A DNA stretch of 64,000 bases from Trichosphaerium sp. ATCC 40318 (GCA_038496445.1 JALMLS010000159.1:1-64000), one strand, 5' to 3'. Shown: positions 11,632 through 25,249, counted from the first letter of the stretch. The notes: a model not told the origin generated them from the letters alone. A program made the numbers and translations.

Positions 11632-13360
11632 ATGGCTAAAACGGTCAAGAAACAGACTATTAATGTTTTTATTCATGGTCACGTTGATAACGGAACATCA
11701 ACCCTTCTGGGCCACTTGTTGTATAAATGTGGTATAATAAGGGAACAAACAATACAAAGGATGAGAAAGAGATCAACCAGACCAAGTTACCAGGAGTATG
11801 CTTCCGCATTGCTTTGTTTCAACACATTCGCAAATCCATTGCGAAACTGTTATTCACTTGCCACCAATAACTGTAACGTACGTCATTACAAAGCCCCAAC
11901 GTTTGTTCAAAAACCAAGAGAGGATCGACATTGTGATTTTTGATAGAAAGGCCGCCACTTACAAGTTGGGTGACAAGACAACATTTTAGTTGCCATAACC
12001 TAAGTTTATTTTTTGTCAAGGTGTCTATTACTGCAGATACATACACCGAACCATTGAGTACAACATTGGCTAAATCATGTGATTGCATTTTATTGGTTGT
12101 TTCTGCAGCTCAAGGAATGTTTGAATCATCAATAGCTCGTCCAAATGGTACAATAATACATTTTTTATCATCTGCCAAGATACTCAGATTTTCAAACATA
12201 ATTGTTGCTGTTACGCATATGGATAGTATTTGTACTGGTGTTAAATATGATAAAGGAAGGTACATTGAAGTGGTGTCAGGAATCCAAAAGATAATGAGAA
12301 AGTACGTCATTTACCCCTTTTGTTTATCAACTCGTAGGTCAAAAGTGACCTCTTGTTTTCTAGCATAAACTACAACATTGAAGATGTTTTGTTTATTCCA
12401 GTTTCTGGAGCCCTTGGAGATAATTTGGTGGATATATCAAGTAACATGCCATGGTGGAAAGGATACACATTACTTGAAGCATTTGATACTATTGGCGAGA
12501 AGCGTGAAGTAACAACATCATTGAAAATGCCCGTCACTTTCACAGTGACAGTTAAAGATGTAGGATTTGTTGTAGCAGGAACCGTTATGTCAGGGTGCTT
12601 GCGAGTAGGAGACAATGTTATAATCGCTCCTACTGGATTAAAAACGAAGGTTATGGACATGGAATATGAACATACCAAGCATAAAGAAGCGCATAAAGGT
12701 ACTCATGTTGCATGTTTGTTAGAAGGTGTATCAAGAAAAGATGTCAAACGTGGATATGTCGTTCTTGCATTAATCCCAAATAAGAAACCACAGATTTTAG
12801 TTTCTGAGTTTACAGCACATGTTATTAGCGCATCAAATCATATTTATGAGGGCAACATGTTTCGCTTCGGTACAAATCCTTCAAAAAAAAAAAATCAAAA
12901 AAAAAATCCAAAAGGTTAAGTCAACACATGATACTTATCAGCATTCATTACATTTCTTTTGAAAACTGGCATCTTCTCGTCGATGATTTTTCTACCACAC
13001 ATAAGTTTTGTGTACTCTAGTTTAACAAACTTTTGGTAGGGCACACAAAGTCTGCAAAGAAGAAATGTTCGGTAACTAAAGTTATTGGGTGTTTGAAAGT
13101 AGAAACACATGAAGTGGTTGAACCAAAGCAACCAAAAAAACTATCAAATGATGAAATTGGCATCATACGGATAAAGCCATCTTCTCCTATGTACTGTTGT
13201 ACAAAAAAGGAGTCAAATTACTACGGAAGTCTGTTTCTCAGAGTAGAAGGACAGCATCAGGTAATCCACAGTATTTCCTCCTTTTTTTTAGGCCAATCCT
13301 CATAGACTACAATAGATTATTGCAGTTGGTTCTATCGTATCTGTCTCATATGTTGAATAA
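11632..13360 (+). CDS. Divergent eEF1A/HBS1-like translation-factor paralog with degenerate GTPase motifs
   Basis: INVFIHGHVDNGTSTLLGHLLYKCGII, LLVVSAAQGMFE, IVAVTHMD, FIPVSGALGDNLV..NMPWWKGYTLLEAFD, and domain II GFVVAGTVMSGCLRVGD. Ends IIAVGSIV..*. Confidence 0.85.
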
Positions 13361-13458
13361 CATCATCTTCATCTCCTGAGCTGACTTTTGAGCTGTATTG
13401 CCTTGGCAGCATGACACAGGGCTTGAAATCAATTTTATCTTTGTTTTTTGTGATGTAC

Positions 13459-13547
13459 CACCATAAACACTGATGTTGCTGAAACAACTTGAGGTAATAT
13501 ATCTAGTTCAAGCATAAGTGGTGCTTGGATCATACCACCACCAATAC
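13459..13547 (-). pseudogene. Isolated exon of a TauE/SafE sulfite-exporter-family gene
   Basis: AG|GIGGGMIQAPLMLELDILPQVVSATSVFMV|GT, the characteristic TauE motif, bounded by splice sites. No other exons were recognised nearby. Confidence 0.7.
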
Positions 13548-13749
13548 CTAAACATATTAGAAGAGCTACAAAAAATAGAAAAAAACAAGAAAACAGCCAA
13601 ATTCTTTGCCTTGCATTTGCCGAATTGTGCAGCCTTTTGAATACAAAAAATTCTACATTTTATATTTACAAGTGTAAATAATGTGTGGAGGTGCCTTGTA
13701 AAAGCGTTGGAGCTTCTGTTTGATGCAGGCGTCTTTGGTGTAGTTTATT

Positions 13750-14370
13750 TACTTGAAGCCCAGCATCAGTTGTAGATGCATCTGTAGAGGGTACCTCAGC
13801 AGGTGATGAAGCACTTGAAGGTACTATTGTAGTTGCCTCCATAAATAAAGTTAGTTCTAGAAAGTAAAGTAGGAAGTACCATTTGTTGAGCCTTGTAGTT
13901 GGAGATTTAGTAGTAGCCTCAGTGGTTGGAGCATCTGTAGTTGAGCTTTAGTGGTTGGGGCTTCGGTGGTTGGAGCGTCTGTAGTCGGTGCCTCTGTCGT
14001 TGGTGCCTGTGGTTGGTGAAGCTGTTGTTGGCGGTTCTGTTGTTGGAGCATCCGTAGTTGGTGCTGCTGTAGTCGGTGCTTCAGTGGTTGGAGCACTTGT
14101 AGTAGGCGCATCGGTTGGTGGAGCGCCTGTGGTAGGGGGCTGCAGTTGTAGGTGCATCTGTAGTAGACACATCTACTGTAGTTAGGTGGAGAAAGGTAAA
14201 AATAATATCGATCAAGTACCAGTTGTCGGTGCATCTGTGGTTGAAGCTTTAGTGGTTGGAGCGTTTGTTGTTGGAGCAGCCGTTGTAGGAGCCTCTGTTG
14301 TTGGTGCACCTGTTGTAGGAGCAACAGTTGTATGTGTAGCAGTAGTTAGAGCCTCTGTAGTCGGCGCTAA
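13750..14370 (-). pseudogene. Mucin-like (A-P-T-T-E/D)n stalk, frameshifted remnant
   Basis: 15-bp repeats encoding APTTE/APTTD/APTTA, spread over several frames with an interruption at about 14185-14217. No intact signal peptide was found. Confidence 0.65.
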
Positions 14371-14759
14371 AGTTCACAACGAAAAATAGCTCGTATATTG
14401 ACAATGCGTTGAGTACAGCGATAAATATGAATGAAATAAAATCTATTAACAGCTGTTAGTAACATCTATGATATCACGTCACTTACCCGCCAAGGCTCTC
14501 GACCATAAGTTCTTGTAGCAAAAGGTGCCAGACAAGGAAACACAAAAAATGAAGAATAGTATAAAAGGCTCCGCAACCACAACTGTTTTCCTTGTGCAAA
14601 ACAGTCAACTTAAAAAGCACATTAATTTTTTGACATGTGCAAGCACGTGATTTTACATGTAAAGGTAAAAAATTCAAAAAAAAAAGATCACGTGATTTAT
14701 GTACACCGATAGATCGTACTTGTACTTGATGCAGAAGAATATTTTTACAGAAATTGCTG

Positions 14760-15125
14760 TGACTACGAAAAATACTGTCAAGTGAGTATAAACAGCTAAT
14801 AAGCTGCCAAGGAGCAAAACGGTTCTAAAGTGTCTTTAGCAAAACTTTCAGGCTTTCAAATAAGTATTGGTTTATAAGGTTGCTTCGTTTTGTGCGTACC
14901 AATAGTTTTTAGGGAGGATAGAGCGAATATTATTTCGCTAAGGCATAATACCCAATCTACAATCGATAAATACAATAGTAGACGCGTGGAAAAGTCTGTC
15001 ATGTCTCTGTAGAAGAATAGAATCAAGAACATCCATGTTGCCAGTATTAAGGCTACAAGACCAACTACCACCGTAGAAAATAGTAAAAACTGTTCTTCGC
15101 TGATAGCTACTAAGACTAACACCAT
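14760..15125 (-). pseudogene. N-terminal fragment of a cAMP-receptor-like/Git3-type GPCR
   Basis: TM1 followed by RLLLYLSIVDWVLCL (the TM2 pattern of cAR-like receptors). After an intron, FCSLAAY is followed by in-frame stops. Confidence 0.5.
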
Positions 15126-16249
15126 ATTGATGGGGCAACCTGCTGCAGAAATTTATTTCATGAATTTTCTAATGTGGTCAAACTTAGGTTCACAACTTTT
15201 TTGCGGATAGCGTGTGAGCACAGTATGGGCAACTTCAAATCTAAAAAAAAGCCTCTAAATCAAATACATCGTAAAGAGAAGCAGAAACATGTACTACTCG
15301 TAGGTATGACAGTGGTAACTATTTATAATGTCCACATAAAATATGCTTGCAAGTATTGAAACTGAGCATCGTTTGGCAATTCTAGAATACGTTAGATCCC
15401 TATTATCTATTGGCTCGTACACAAAACAACAACACAGATTGGAAGAGAACCTATCTCTTGGCTTGACCACTTGGGCACGAACCCTGCGATCCTTGTTTTA
15501 TTCAATGGTCTTGGTGCTTCAGTCTTTGCTCCTTGCTGGAACCGTGATATTGTACACAGAGGAAGATGTAGGAAAGCATACAACAAGGTTGCAGCTTAAG
15601 TAGTACATAGGCGTACCTTTGGAATCCGTTGAATACTTTTGCGGTCCTTAAACAATAAACCTCAAGTTTTCACCAGTGTTCCTCCTTCAGCGGCTCTTTT
15701 TTTTTTATCAGTGGAAAACGTCAAATGTGGTATCACGTGATTACACTTTTTTGTTGCTACCATAAACCAATACTTGGCTTATGTTTTGCAAACGTTTCTG
15801 CCTTCCTAGCTTCAAAAAAAGTGGAGTTGCGCAGACTGGAAAAGATAGAACATGTATTGCTACTCAATCCATCTTTACCAAAAGTGGAGCTATTTAAGTA
15901 TGGCTTTTTTGTACACAAGAAAGTATCCCTTGCAAGTGCACTTTAACAAAAGATGAAGTTGATTTTGTAGCTTGGATGATACAATACTAAGTCAGTATGA
16001 GGAAAATTCCAAGGCACATTCTGTAAGAAATACTGTTAGTATTGGGAATACTTAAACAAACTAAGTAAACTCCATGTATTCGAAGTGCTCAATATACAGC
16101 TTTCTCCATCTTCCTACCAAGTTATGCTAGTTCTAGCTAGTATTGATTACTTTAGTTACATGGATAGGTACATTTAACATGTATTAAAAGAATTTGGCTA
16201 TTTATTACTATCTCGATTGGTGTTGTTTCATTTTATAGTTTGTACTGTC

Positions 16250-17509
16250 TTATTTATATCCACACCAATATGATATGGAGAAATAAATACTGTTTGTGAA
16301 GTACCTGAACCAACCATATACAACTTTTTGAAGCATGTGCACAGGCAACAATAAGGTGCTAATTGATCGCATCATCAATGTGCTTTGATTTTCTTTGTTG
16401 GTTTTATCAAGTAGTCTCTTCATTCTCAGATCATTGTCTACGGCTTGTCCATCAACAAAAACACAGTGTATTGCAAGTCGTCCATTTTCATGCCACCTTT
16501 GGCATTCACCGTGTTGCTTACCAGCAACCCACATGGCCTTTGTCATGAGTTGTCCGTTTCCATACCATTCTTTGCATTCTCCATGTTTTTTATCATCAAC
16601 GTACATGTTATGTGACTTCAGTTGTCCATTTAAATACCATGACTTGAATTCACCATTCATTTTATCATCAACCATGTAACATAGTACCTCACGTTGTCCA
16701 TTTTCATACCAATATTGACATTGCCCATTTCTTTTATCATCAACACGCATTATCTGTACCCTAAGTTGTCCATTTTTATACCACTGTTTGTATTCACCAT
16801 TTCGTTTATCATCAGAAATGCCTTGGTCCTTAAGTTGTCCATTTTCATACCATGACTTGAATTCACCATTTATTTTATCATCAACATACACGCTATGTGA
16901 CTTCAGTTGTCCACTTTCATACCATGACTTGAATTCGCCATTTATTTTACCATCAACCATGTAACATAGTACCTCACATTGTCCATTTTTATACCACCTT
17001 ATGTATTCACCATGTTGTTTACCATCAACACACATGCTCTGTGTCATGAGTTGTCCGTTTTCAAACCACTTTCTGTATTCACCATGTTGTTTATCATCAA
17101 CATATGTGCCTTGTTCCTTAAGTTGTCCATTTTCATACCATGACTTTAATTCACCATTTATTTTACCATCAACCTTTGAGCATAGTACTTCCAGTTGTCC
17201 ATTTTTGTACCATCGTTTCTGTTCGCCATGTTGTTTACCATCAATCAGTATGTAGTCCATCTGAAGTTGGTTAGTCTCCTCATACCATACTTTAATAGAA
17301 CCACTCTTTACATATAGGTGAAGTTGTACTTTGCCACTTTTATACCATCTAATCCATGTTCCTTTCTTTTCTAGTGCTTCGTCAAAATGTGTATTGATTG
17401 CTGCTCTCTTTGATAGTGTATGAAATTTGGTGAACGCTTCAATATTGAAAGTGCAAATGTATTCTTGAATCTCACAAGGGAGATCCAACACACTCAAAGA
17501 ATGAGACAT
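16250..17509 (-). CDS. Intronless F-box-like plus MORN-variant (YwqK-like) repeat protein
   Basis: N-terminal VLDLPCEIQEYI, then about 12 repeats of 24 aa, WY(E/K)NGQL....Y.DGK.(H/N)GE. Confidence 0.85.
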   Translation of the reverse strand: MSHSLSVLDLPCEIQEYICTFNIEAFTKFHTLSKRAAINTHFDEALEKKGTWIRWYKSGKVQLHLYVKSGSIKVWYEETNQLQMDYILIDGKQHGEQKRWYKNGQLEVLCSKVDGKINGELKSWYENGQLKEQGTYVDDKQHGEYRKWFENGQLMTQSMCVDGKQHGEYIRWYKNGQCEVLCYMVDGKINGEFKSWYESGQLKSHSVYVDDKINGEFKSWYENGQLKDQGISDDKRNGEYKQWYKNGQLRVQIMRVDDKRNGQCQYWYENGQREVLCYMVDDKMNGEFKSWYLNGQLKSHNMYVDDKKHGECKEWYGNGQLMTKAMWVAGKQHGECQRWHENGRLAIHCVFVDGQAVDNDLRMKRLLDKTNKENQSTLMMRSISTLLLPVHMLQKVVYGWFRYFTNSIYFSISYWCGYK

Positions 17510-19319
17510 TTAAGTACAATCTACAAACCAAATATCAGTAACAGCCTTTCAAAAAAATCCTGAGGCTAGACGTTTAAAGCACCCCTGACGTTTTGATGGA
17601 TAGCGACAAAGGCGCAAATAACAAAGTTTTTAAAGTGGCTGCAGGTAACGCTCAAGCCCAACGACACGTGTAGATCAATATGTACTAGAATTTGTGCTTT
17701 CAATTTTGACGCAGCAAAAATACACGTGATATGGGCGTTTTTTAAAACCAGATATTAGCAAAGTTTCCTTGAAAATCAAACTAATTTTCGAAACTTGTCA
17801 AAAAATTCTGAGTTCAGTCCCGTTTTCTTAGCAGCAAGGTAAGACTTTTTTGTATATGGGCCGTACCAAAGCCTCTAATTATGGGCACCTCTCAAAACAT
17901 TGATTTATCAAGAAATGGACGTAGGAGGGCTTTAAAAGGGTTTTACAGTTTGCTTAACGCACCTTTGATTTATGAAATTATAACACCGTCTAAACGTGAT
18001 GCATGCGCAACGTAAACACTGCAGGAGCGATTTTTAGATAATGTAACTAAACAAGAAATAGTGAGTTTACAAACAAAAGGGTAAAGACTAAACGTACTAG
18101 TAACTAATACCTTAACCCTGGTTATGCTAGGGTAGGAAATCAGACACTCTTAAATACGGTTTTAGCAAAGTCAATGCTGAAGGATTTGGTCATTCTTTTT
18201 GATGTTAACCGAAAACGTAAACTCAGCTTTTTCATCAAAGTCGTTGATAGCTCCAACGCAAACACCTCACGAATTCACCATTCACCCCGAAGAAAACTAC
18301 TCTTATTGTGTACTTGACGCTTTAACTTTCGCCGTAGAGGTCCAATCTAATGAAAGATAAAAGAGCAACTGAGGTAAACACCTTTCCTTACCATTTCTTT
18401 AGCAAGGACCATTACTCTGTGGCGAATCACGTGATGAAAATGGATGTTGTCCTCCTGGTTGGAGAAGACTTGGTCGTGAAAGCGTGGTCAATGTACGTGA
18501 ACAATGAAAAAAGGTATCCCGAATGTTGGTTGTACTTACTTTTCGTTTTTTCAAGGCTCAACTGCATACTGCTACCCAGGATCTCCATTATGTTTCCGTA
18601 TCAGAAGTAGAAAATGATGTTGCTGGAACTAAGCTGTTTGTGGTCAAACTTGCTGATAACCAACTTCTCCCAACCCGTGCTTGTCACCCTTTTCATAAAA
18701 AACTTATTGAATACTTGCCTTGTCGCTTGTTTTAAAGTCTGTGAGTTATTTGCTGTAATGTCAGATAATGCCTGTTGTTAGTTTTAACGCTTGAGGTTTA
18801 TCATTGTCAATAAGAAAAACTCCATAATAGCACCTAAATAATTTCCATGATAAAATGGATGCTAGCAAGTGAATTTATTATTGCTTGCTTGTACAATGTA
18901 CTGCATGCTCATAGTGATGAACAGGTTATCTGAAAATCAGTTAGGCGAATACTATTTATCTGTTTTGGGACCACTCATTATTAAAGTTTTGGTTGTAGCT
19001 GCAGGTCAGTCTTATTAACATATTTGTGTTTGTTTTCTAATTTACTTGGTAGCACTGTTATTAGATGTGCTTTGAAACAACAAAGTAATCATATGTCGAA
19101 GCTCTATCGGTTCAGTAAAACAAATAATTAATAGGTTATATCAGATGTAATTTGCAGAGAACATTTTACTGATTGCATTATTCTAATTTTCAGGAGCCGT
19201 TAAGTGTAGATTCAATTCATATCGCTTTAGATAGTGTAGAGCTATTTTTAAAGCATATTCCTTTTATAGAAAATTCAGAGCACTAAGTCGCAAGCTATAG
19301 TGCTATCGTAACTACTAAG

Positions 19320-22300
19320 AAGCTAACTGGTTCCTTGTGCAAACAAAAGTAATTTATTGTAGCACTTATTACATTGTTGGTAGAAGCAAGGAGCAATGTC
19401 TGAACTACGTAACTTGCATAATAGTAAACTGTTAAGGAAAGATGTAAGCTATTCTTACATTCCTAAATCTCCAATACATCTTGAACTTTATTTGTGATGG
19501 ATACCTTCTTGTATTTTTTCTTGAGGTATTTTGCCTTTGACGTGTCTCCTAACAAACACTAAAAATCACGTGATTAATAAAAGGGGTAGTTGACATACCA
19601 CAAAAAACAAGAATAGGTGTTTTGGCACATGTTTTCATTTTTCTAATACTCTTGATCAACTTCTCTGCTGCTCGCTCATCTCCATCACCTTTTCGATATC
19701 TATTGGTGATGATACGTAACCTGTTGTTACAGAACCCTTTGAACTTATCAATCCATGCCAAAACCTCAGACGATGACTTCATTACCAATACCTTTGTATT
19801 TCTTAAGGAATGATGTATGTTATTTGTGTACCTCTGTCTTCTTTGGCCTGTTTTTAAGCATTTCCATAATCTTCTTGTTTTCAACTGATAGATTAGCGTC
19901 AACCCACAAAACAAGACATTTAGCATCCCTGTACTTGAGCTCATATGAATTGATATTGGCACTGTCTATTGCTTTATAGTACACAAGGTATCGTGGAAGA
20001 ATCTAAACCATGAAATAAGAACACGTGGTTGTTGAATAATGGCAGAAAGGCTAAGCGGTGATGTCTACATACTTGGTTTTTTGAAAATACAACGATCTCG
20101 TTTTGATCTATTTTATCATCAATGCCACATGGATTCCCAGTTTTTGATGAAGTGAGTACATAGTGAGAATCATAACCTTTCTGAAAACAATAAGAAGTCA
20201 AACAGAAAAAAAGAGTTGTACCTTGCATTCTTTTCCAAGAAGAGAGTTGGGATCACCTAGCACTGGTTGTTCTGTCGCTGGATAAGGATTTCCCATCATT
20301 ATCCATGATATCAACATGAGTGGATTTTTCTCTCCGTTCCATTCAGCATACTTTCTTCCTACCTCAATTGTTAATACAAGAATACAAAATTGGTTGAGTG
20401 AGAGCTTTGATTGTATTATGACTTACCACAATCGGGGTACTGAGTAAAGTAAATACCATCTCCTTTGTCAATTTTAGTTCATTAAACTAACTTGTTACTA
20501 AGCCATACCAAAGTATCCTGGATCTTTCTTTTTTGTATTCTCATGTGGCTCTCTAAAGTTGCTCCAAGCGATCTTAAAACTAGAATCCTACAATCTTAGG
20601 TTAACTATTTCTTGGTAGTAATGAGAATAAATGTGATATACCTCTGATGTACCGTGTAATCCAGGTATGAGGTTGATTTGCTCATTGCCTGAAACACGCA
20701 TCACATGGCTTTTCAAATGATTCAAAGTCCGTTCTTGTAATTTACGTGTATCTTCATCCACAGTGGAATTGTCATTCACATCTAAACTATTAGAAAAAGC
20801 TGACCAAGGGTGTGACTTGCCTGATTTTTTGGATTGAAGTACTTTCTTGACAAAAGTATTGTATTGCTCCTCGAATTTGTCTTCAAGTTTTGGATTGTTC
20901 AAGAATGCAATCTTCTCCAACTCATAAAATGAAGCACTGTCAGTCCCCATGAACTTATAAAACATGTTGCTAGCTCTCAAATACTCGTCATAACGTTCCT
21001 TATATCAATGCTTTAGTAAGAAAGTCATGGTATTCAAATGTGGTTTGTACCTTGCTTTTTTCATCTTTTGTGAGAAACGTGATTCGTAACCCAGGATACT
21101 TTTGAGGTGTTTCCCAGTCACCTATTTTCAGAAATCTTTCTCCATGCAAGCTACCCCACAGATTATATCTCGCATGTTTGAGTACAGGAAATCCTTCGTT
21201 TAAATGACTCTCAGTGACAACATGTTCTAAGAAATAATCAGTTTGTTAACTTGGAAATATGCCATCTGGTTGTATAATATATGACAACTACACGTGTATA
21301 AATGTATGCCTAATACACTCACTTGTCTTCTTGCACTCATATGAACTGTTTGTAACTTCAATAAACTCTCCAAATTGTATGCTGACTGGACATAGCGGAA
21401 CTGGAGTGATGTCCAAAGGTTTTAGGTATGTATCAAGAGATTCCTAAAAATGTCAATGTTTAAACTTCTAGTTCATGTTATTACCATCCATAGCCGTGGT
21501 GCTATGCCTCTAATTACAACTTTGATGCTGTGATCAATATAATATAATGTGATGATATTGCCATAGAAATCAGAGAGTACAATCAAGTTTGAAAACAAAC
21601 GAAACTCTTTGTTTTGGAACTCTATTTTTAGCATTTAGTATCTTACCATCATAACCGTTCTTGGCGTACTTCTCAATCTTCTCTGCAAGTCATTAAATAT
21701 GTCTATAGGTAGATCTTGCGAGTTAAAAGTGTATGCCAAGAACTTTGAAACATGTGGTATGACCTCATATTGATCAGGTAGTGACTAACACGTGATATTG
21801 TTAGTTTTGATTGTTATGGAATATGAAATACGCCATACTATTTTATTGGTTTCCTTGTTTATGGTGACTGTTTCTACCACTTTATGTTCAACTTTAGAGT
21901 CTGTTGTAGGTGTGTACGATAATATCTTCCACTTTGTTGGTGATTCATATAAAGAGAATATTTGTGGGTTCTTGTTCTTTGCCTGAACTAATGTAATACT
22001 TTGCTCCTTTTGGGTCAATGGAGGAAAGTAAAACATATCAGCTTTAGGTAATAGCGATACAATAAGGTATCCATCAGCGCCATACACAACCTGAATAAAT
22101 ACATTGACAATGAGTTGTAGAGTACATGCAATATCTGTTACCTTTTCTTCTTCTGTCAAGCGAACACAGAACGACATTTGTACCAAGAATTTCATCACCT
22201 GCTTCACTTCACGTTTATTGCATTTTGGAAATAGCTTTGAGATTCGAGATTTAGCTTCTGACTCAGTGAATACGGCACGATGATTGTGAGTGTTGTTTTT

Positions 22301-25140
22301 GATCAATCTATCAAGATGTTCTTTGGGTGCTAGAAATGCGCTCATGATATGAGATAGAATAGGAGGGTTCAAACATAGCATGTACGATGACTAAACACAG
22401 ACAAGTCAGTTGTTTAAGCAAGCATACTACTCATTTGAGAAGCACACACCTCGTCAAACATGATGCTACCAATGGAATGAAGGTAATTCAATGCTGCAAC
22501 CAATTCTATTGGAGACATTTTACATGTCTTGGGTATCACTTCTAATACTTTCCTCCTAATTAAATACTTGATCAGCAAAAGCAAGACCCACTACAGCTAA
22601 CACAACATACACTGATATGATGTTACCCTTTAGGGTATCCTTGTTTGTGATTGTATTCTCAAGTGCTTTTTTTATGTCCATGTAGATCAATGGTACTTTT
22701 GGATATTGGGTCTTCAAGTACTTGGCTTGCTGATCCAATAATTTGACAAGAGCACTTGTTCCTAAACAGTAAGGATAAGCGATTGTAAAAAAAGTTATAA
22801 AGGTGGTACCGTCTAAGCACAAGTACTGTACTAGTAATGGTCCAATAGGAAGCAATGATTGTTTATTGGCCTTGATATCACCTAAAAAGATATCTAATTT
22901 GGATCCAAATACAATCACTGAGTATAACTTTGGGTCTTGATCATGTAGTATCTCATTTAAAGCCCGACACCAATATTTGAGGTGTTCCTGTTGCTCTTTG
23001 ATTGATGTTGACAAGTCAATCTAAAGGTAATGAATGATAAGGAAACAAGTGTGATATTGGTGTACTATGAACTTACAACGATGATATAAATTGTGAGTTG
23101 CCTTGCTAAAAAGTACTTATGTAATCCTTTATATTCTGTCTGTCCAGCAAAGTCTAACACTGTGAATGATACGCCATGGAACCTAAAGCACATTAAAAAT
23201 TATGACACCACAACTTAGAACATACGAGAGATGTGATGTATCAAAACCAATTGTTGAATCCGCTATTCTATTTGTTTCCTTTGCCAATGTCCTCACAAGT
23301 GTTGTCTTGCCTAATTAATATTTAGTGTATCAGGCATCCTACTTTGATTAAATACCTGCTCCTTCATGACCTACAACCATTATTTTGGCTTCTAATTGCT
23401 CAACAAAATCGTAGTTGTTATGACTCACTCCATCAACAACATGATGTTTCATTAAACTAGCCTTTTTACTGAGGTCACTCCAATAAATGCGTTTAAACTG
23501 TTGTATCATTTTGTCTGATATTTTGTCCTTTTTTAAGGGTATCACACGTGCTCCAGAAAGACCACGTGCCATAGTTGTTACTATTTAAAGAATTAATTAG
23601 TAAGTATAAAGATAGTGGTATAAAAGACACCGCACCTTCATGAAGTGATATCTCAGTACCTTTTTTACAAAGGTCATAGATAAATACAATATCACCAGAA
23701 TGACCTGGTTCAGAGCTATCTTGGAGTTGCATAGTAACATTGTCACAGTTTTGGAGGCTTTTAAAATAAAATTCAAATACCACTCTTCTTTTTCTATCTT
23801 TTATACCTTTTACAGTTAGTTCATTGATATCAAGGATAGTATTATCTGGATTCGGAAACAATTTCTTGAGATCTCTCTCAGAATTCTCAACTGTAACGTT
23901 GTCAAAACACACAGTAACTGGTGTTATATCTTCTTGTGCATCATTGCTAGGGAAAAAGGATTCTTTGTAGAATGTTTTATCCATATTGTTAGAAAAGGCA
24001 ACCTGGTCTGGTTTTCCAGCAATACTTTTCTGTGTTTTACCTACTGCCTTAGCATTCTCAAATTTACCAATGTATTTACGACCGTCTGGCCAATACTTCT
24101 CACCAATACCATGGAACTTATCGTTGTCAAATTGTCCAATGTACTTGGTACCATTTTGATAAAAATACACTCCACCGCCCTTATACTGGTTGTTCTTAAA
24201 TTGACCTTTGTATTTGAGAGTACCATCTGGGTAATACTCCTCACCATCACCATGAAACTTATTGTCCTTAAACTGACCTTTGTATTCGAGAGTATCACCT
24301 TGATTGACTTTGATAATATCTTTTATATGATACAGCTCACCAAAACCGTCACGCTTACCATTCTTTACCTCTCCCCTATATCTTAGATGACCTCCTACCT
24401 CATGCTCTTCTTTTATATCCAAACCTTTGTGAGTACAATAAGCACAACAAAGTAAAGAAAAATCTTTTAGGCTTTGAAAATATCACGAAAAAGTATGAGT
24501 TTTCTTGCGATTCCCTCACTTTGTAAAAAAGTGAAATAATGCATAAGTAGCATCCCCTATGCACAGTGATGCCAAACAATGTTATTAATTGGTTTTTGAA
24601 GTGAGAGTAAACTTCTTTGGACTCTTTCACACAAAAAGATTTAATAATGTGTGGGTTGCCTTGACTATGTACGGACATACTAAACCAAACACTTTTGTTT
24701 GTTTTAGTGAAAGCGCCAAAATTGTGCGAAAAAAGCGCTCCAGCGAATTTTTCTCGCAAAAAAGTGTGGTCCTGGGCAACCCACGCCGGAAAGTGGAAAC
24801 GTTTCTCATAAAAATCGTAATATCACGTGACAAACAAAAAAAAATTGTAAAGCTGAAAATGGAGGAACTTCACTTACCATTGTCTGTACTATCAATGTTG
24901 GCCATATTTAAATGCAGAACAGTAGATTAAACCGAGTTCGAGATATTTTCGAACTAAAACAGAAAAGTTAAGCTTAAAACCACTGCAAGCGCAAAGAAAG
25001 TGCTATTAAATAACAATACCGGTACAATAGCCAATAATCGTCTCTTTTTTTGTAGAATAATCCAATAAGAATGTTGTACGAGACTTAGTTACACTGTAAA
25101 TAGTTCAACGAACAAGGTGAAACGAGAATATGATTATTTT
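19320..25140. repeat. Inverted segmental duplication, partner about 46700-53055
   Basis: Near-identical exons, introns and flanks on opposite strands, apart from the MORN array and a non-homologous stretch just 5' of the gene. The spacer 24900-25110 also matches 5500-5730. Confidence 0.9.
19463..24430 (-). CDS. Roco-family copy 2: MORN - Roc GTPase - COR - PARP-type ART - receiver-like (start codon unresolved)
   Basis: GHEGAG|KTT, STIG, DFAGQ, GSKLD; LCLNPPILSHIM (COR); LHGT, GYF|GDGIYFT, NEIVVF..Q|ILPRYLVYY (ART); VLWVD..IITN..PILVFC (receiver-like). TAG at 19463-19465. No in-frame ATG immediately 5' of the MORN exon. Confidence 0.85.
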
Positions 25141-25249
25141 TACGGTTGACTTTTATTTTTAGCGAAAGGAGAAGATATTTCGCTAAACTTTACTTTTCAA
25201 AACATAATTCATGTGACCTTGATCAATTAGTAGTACGTAAGGTGTATTT

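Noticed and set aside
15226-15603. Myristoylated ARF-like gene (MGNFKS...)
   Set aside because: No recognisable GKT, DxxG or NKxD motifs could be assembled.
9901-17509. Endogenous giant-virus insertion
   Set aside because: No viral core genes (capsid, polB, packaging ATPase), and the neighbouring genes contain spliceosomal introns.
18240-18360. MerB-like motif (TPHEFTI..YSYCVLDAL)
   Set aside because: A short resemblance to the CxxD region only, bounded by stops; the downstream MerB features were not found. An HMM search would settle it.
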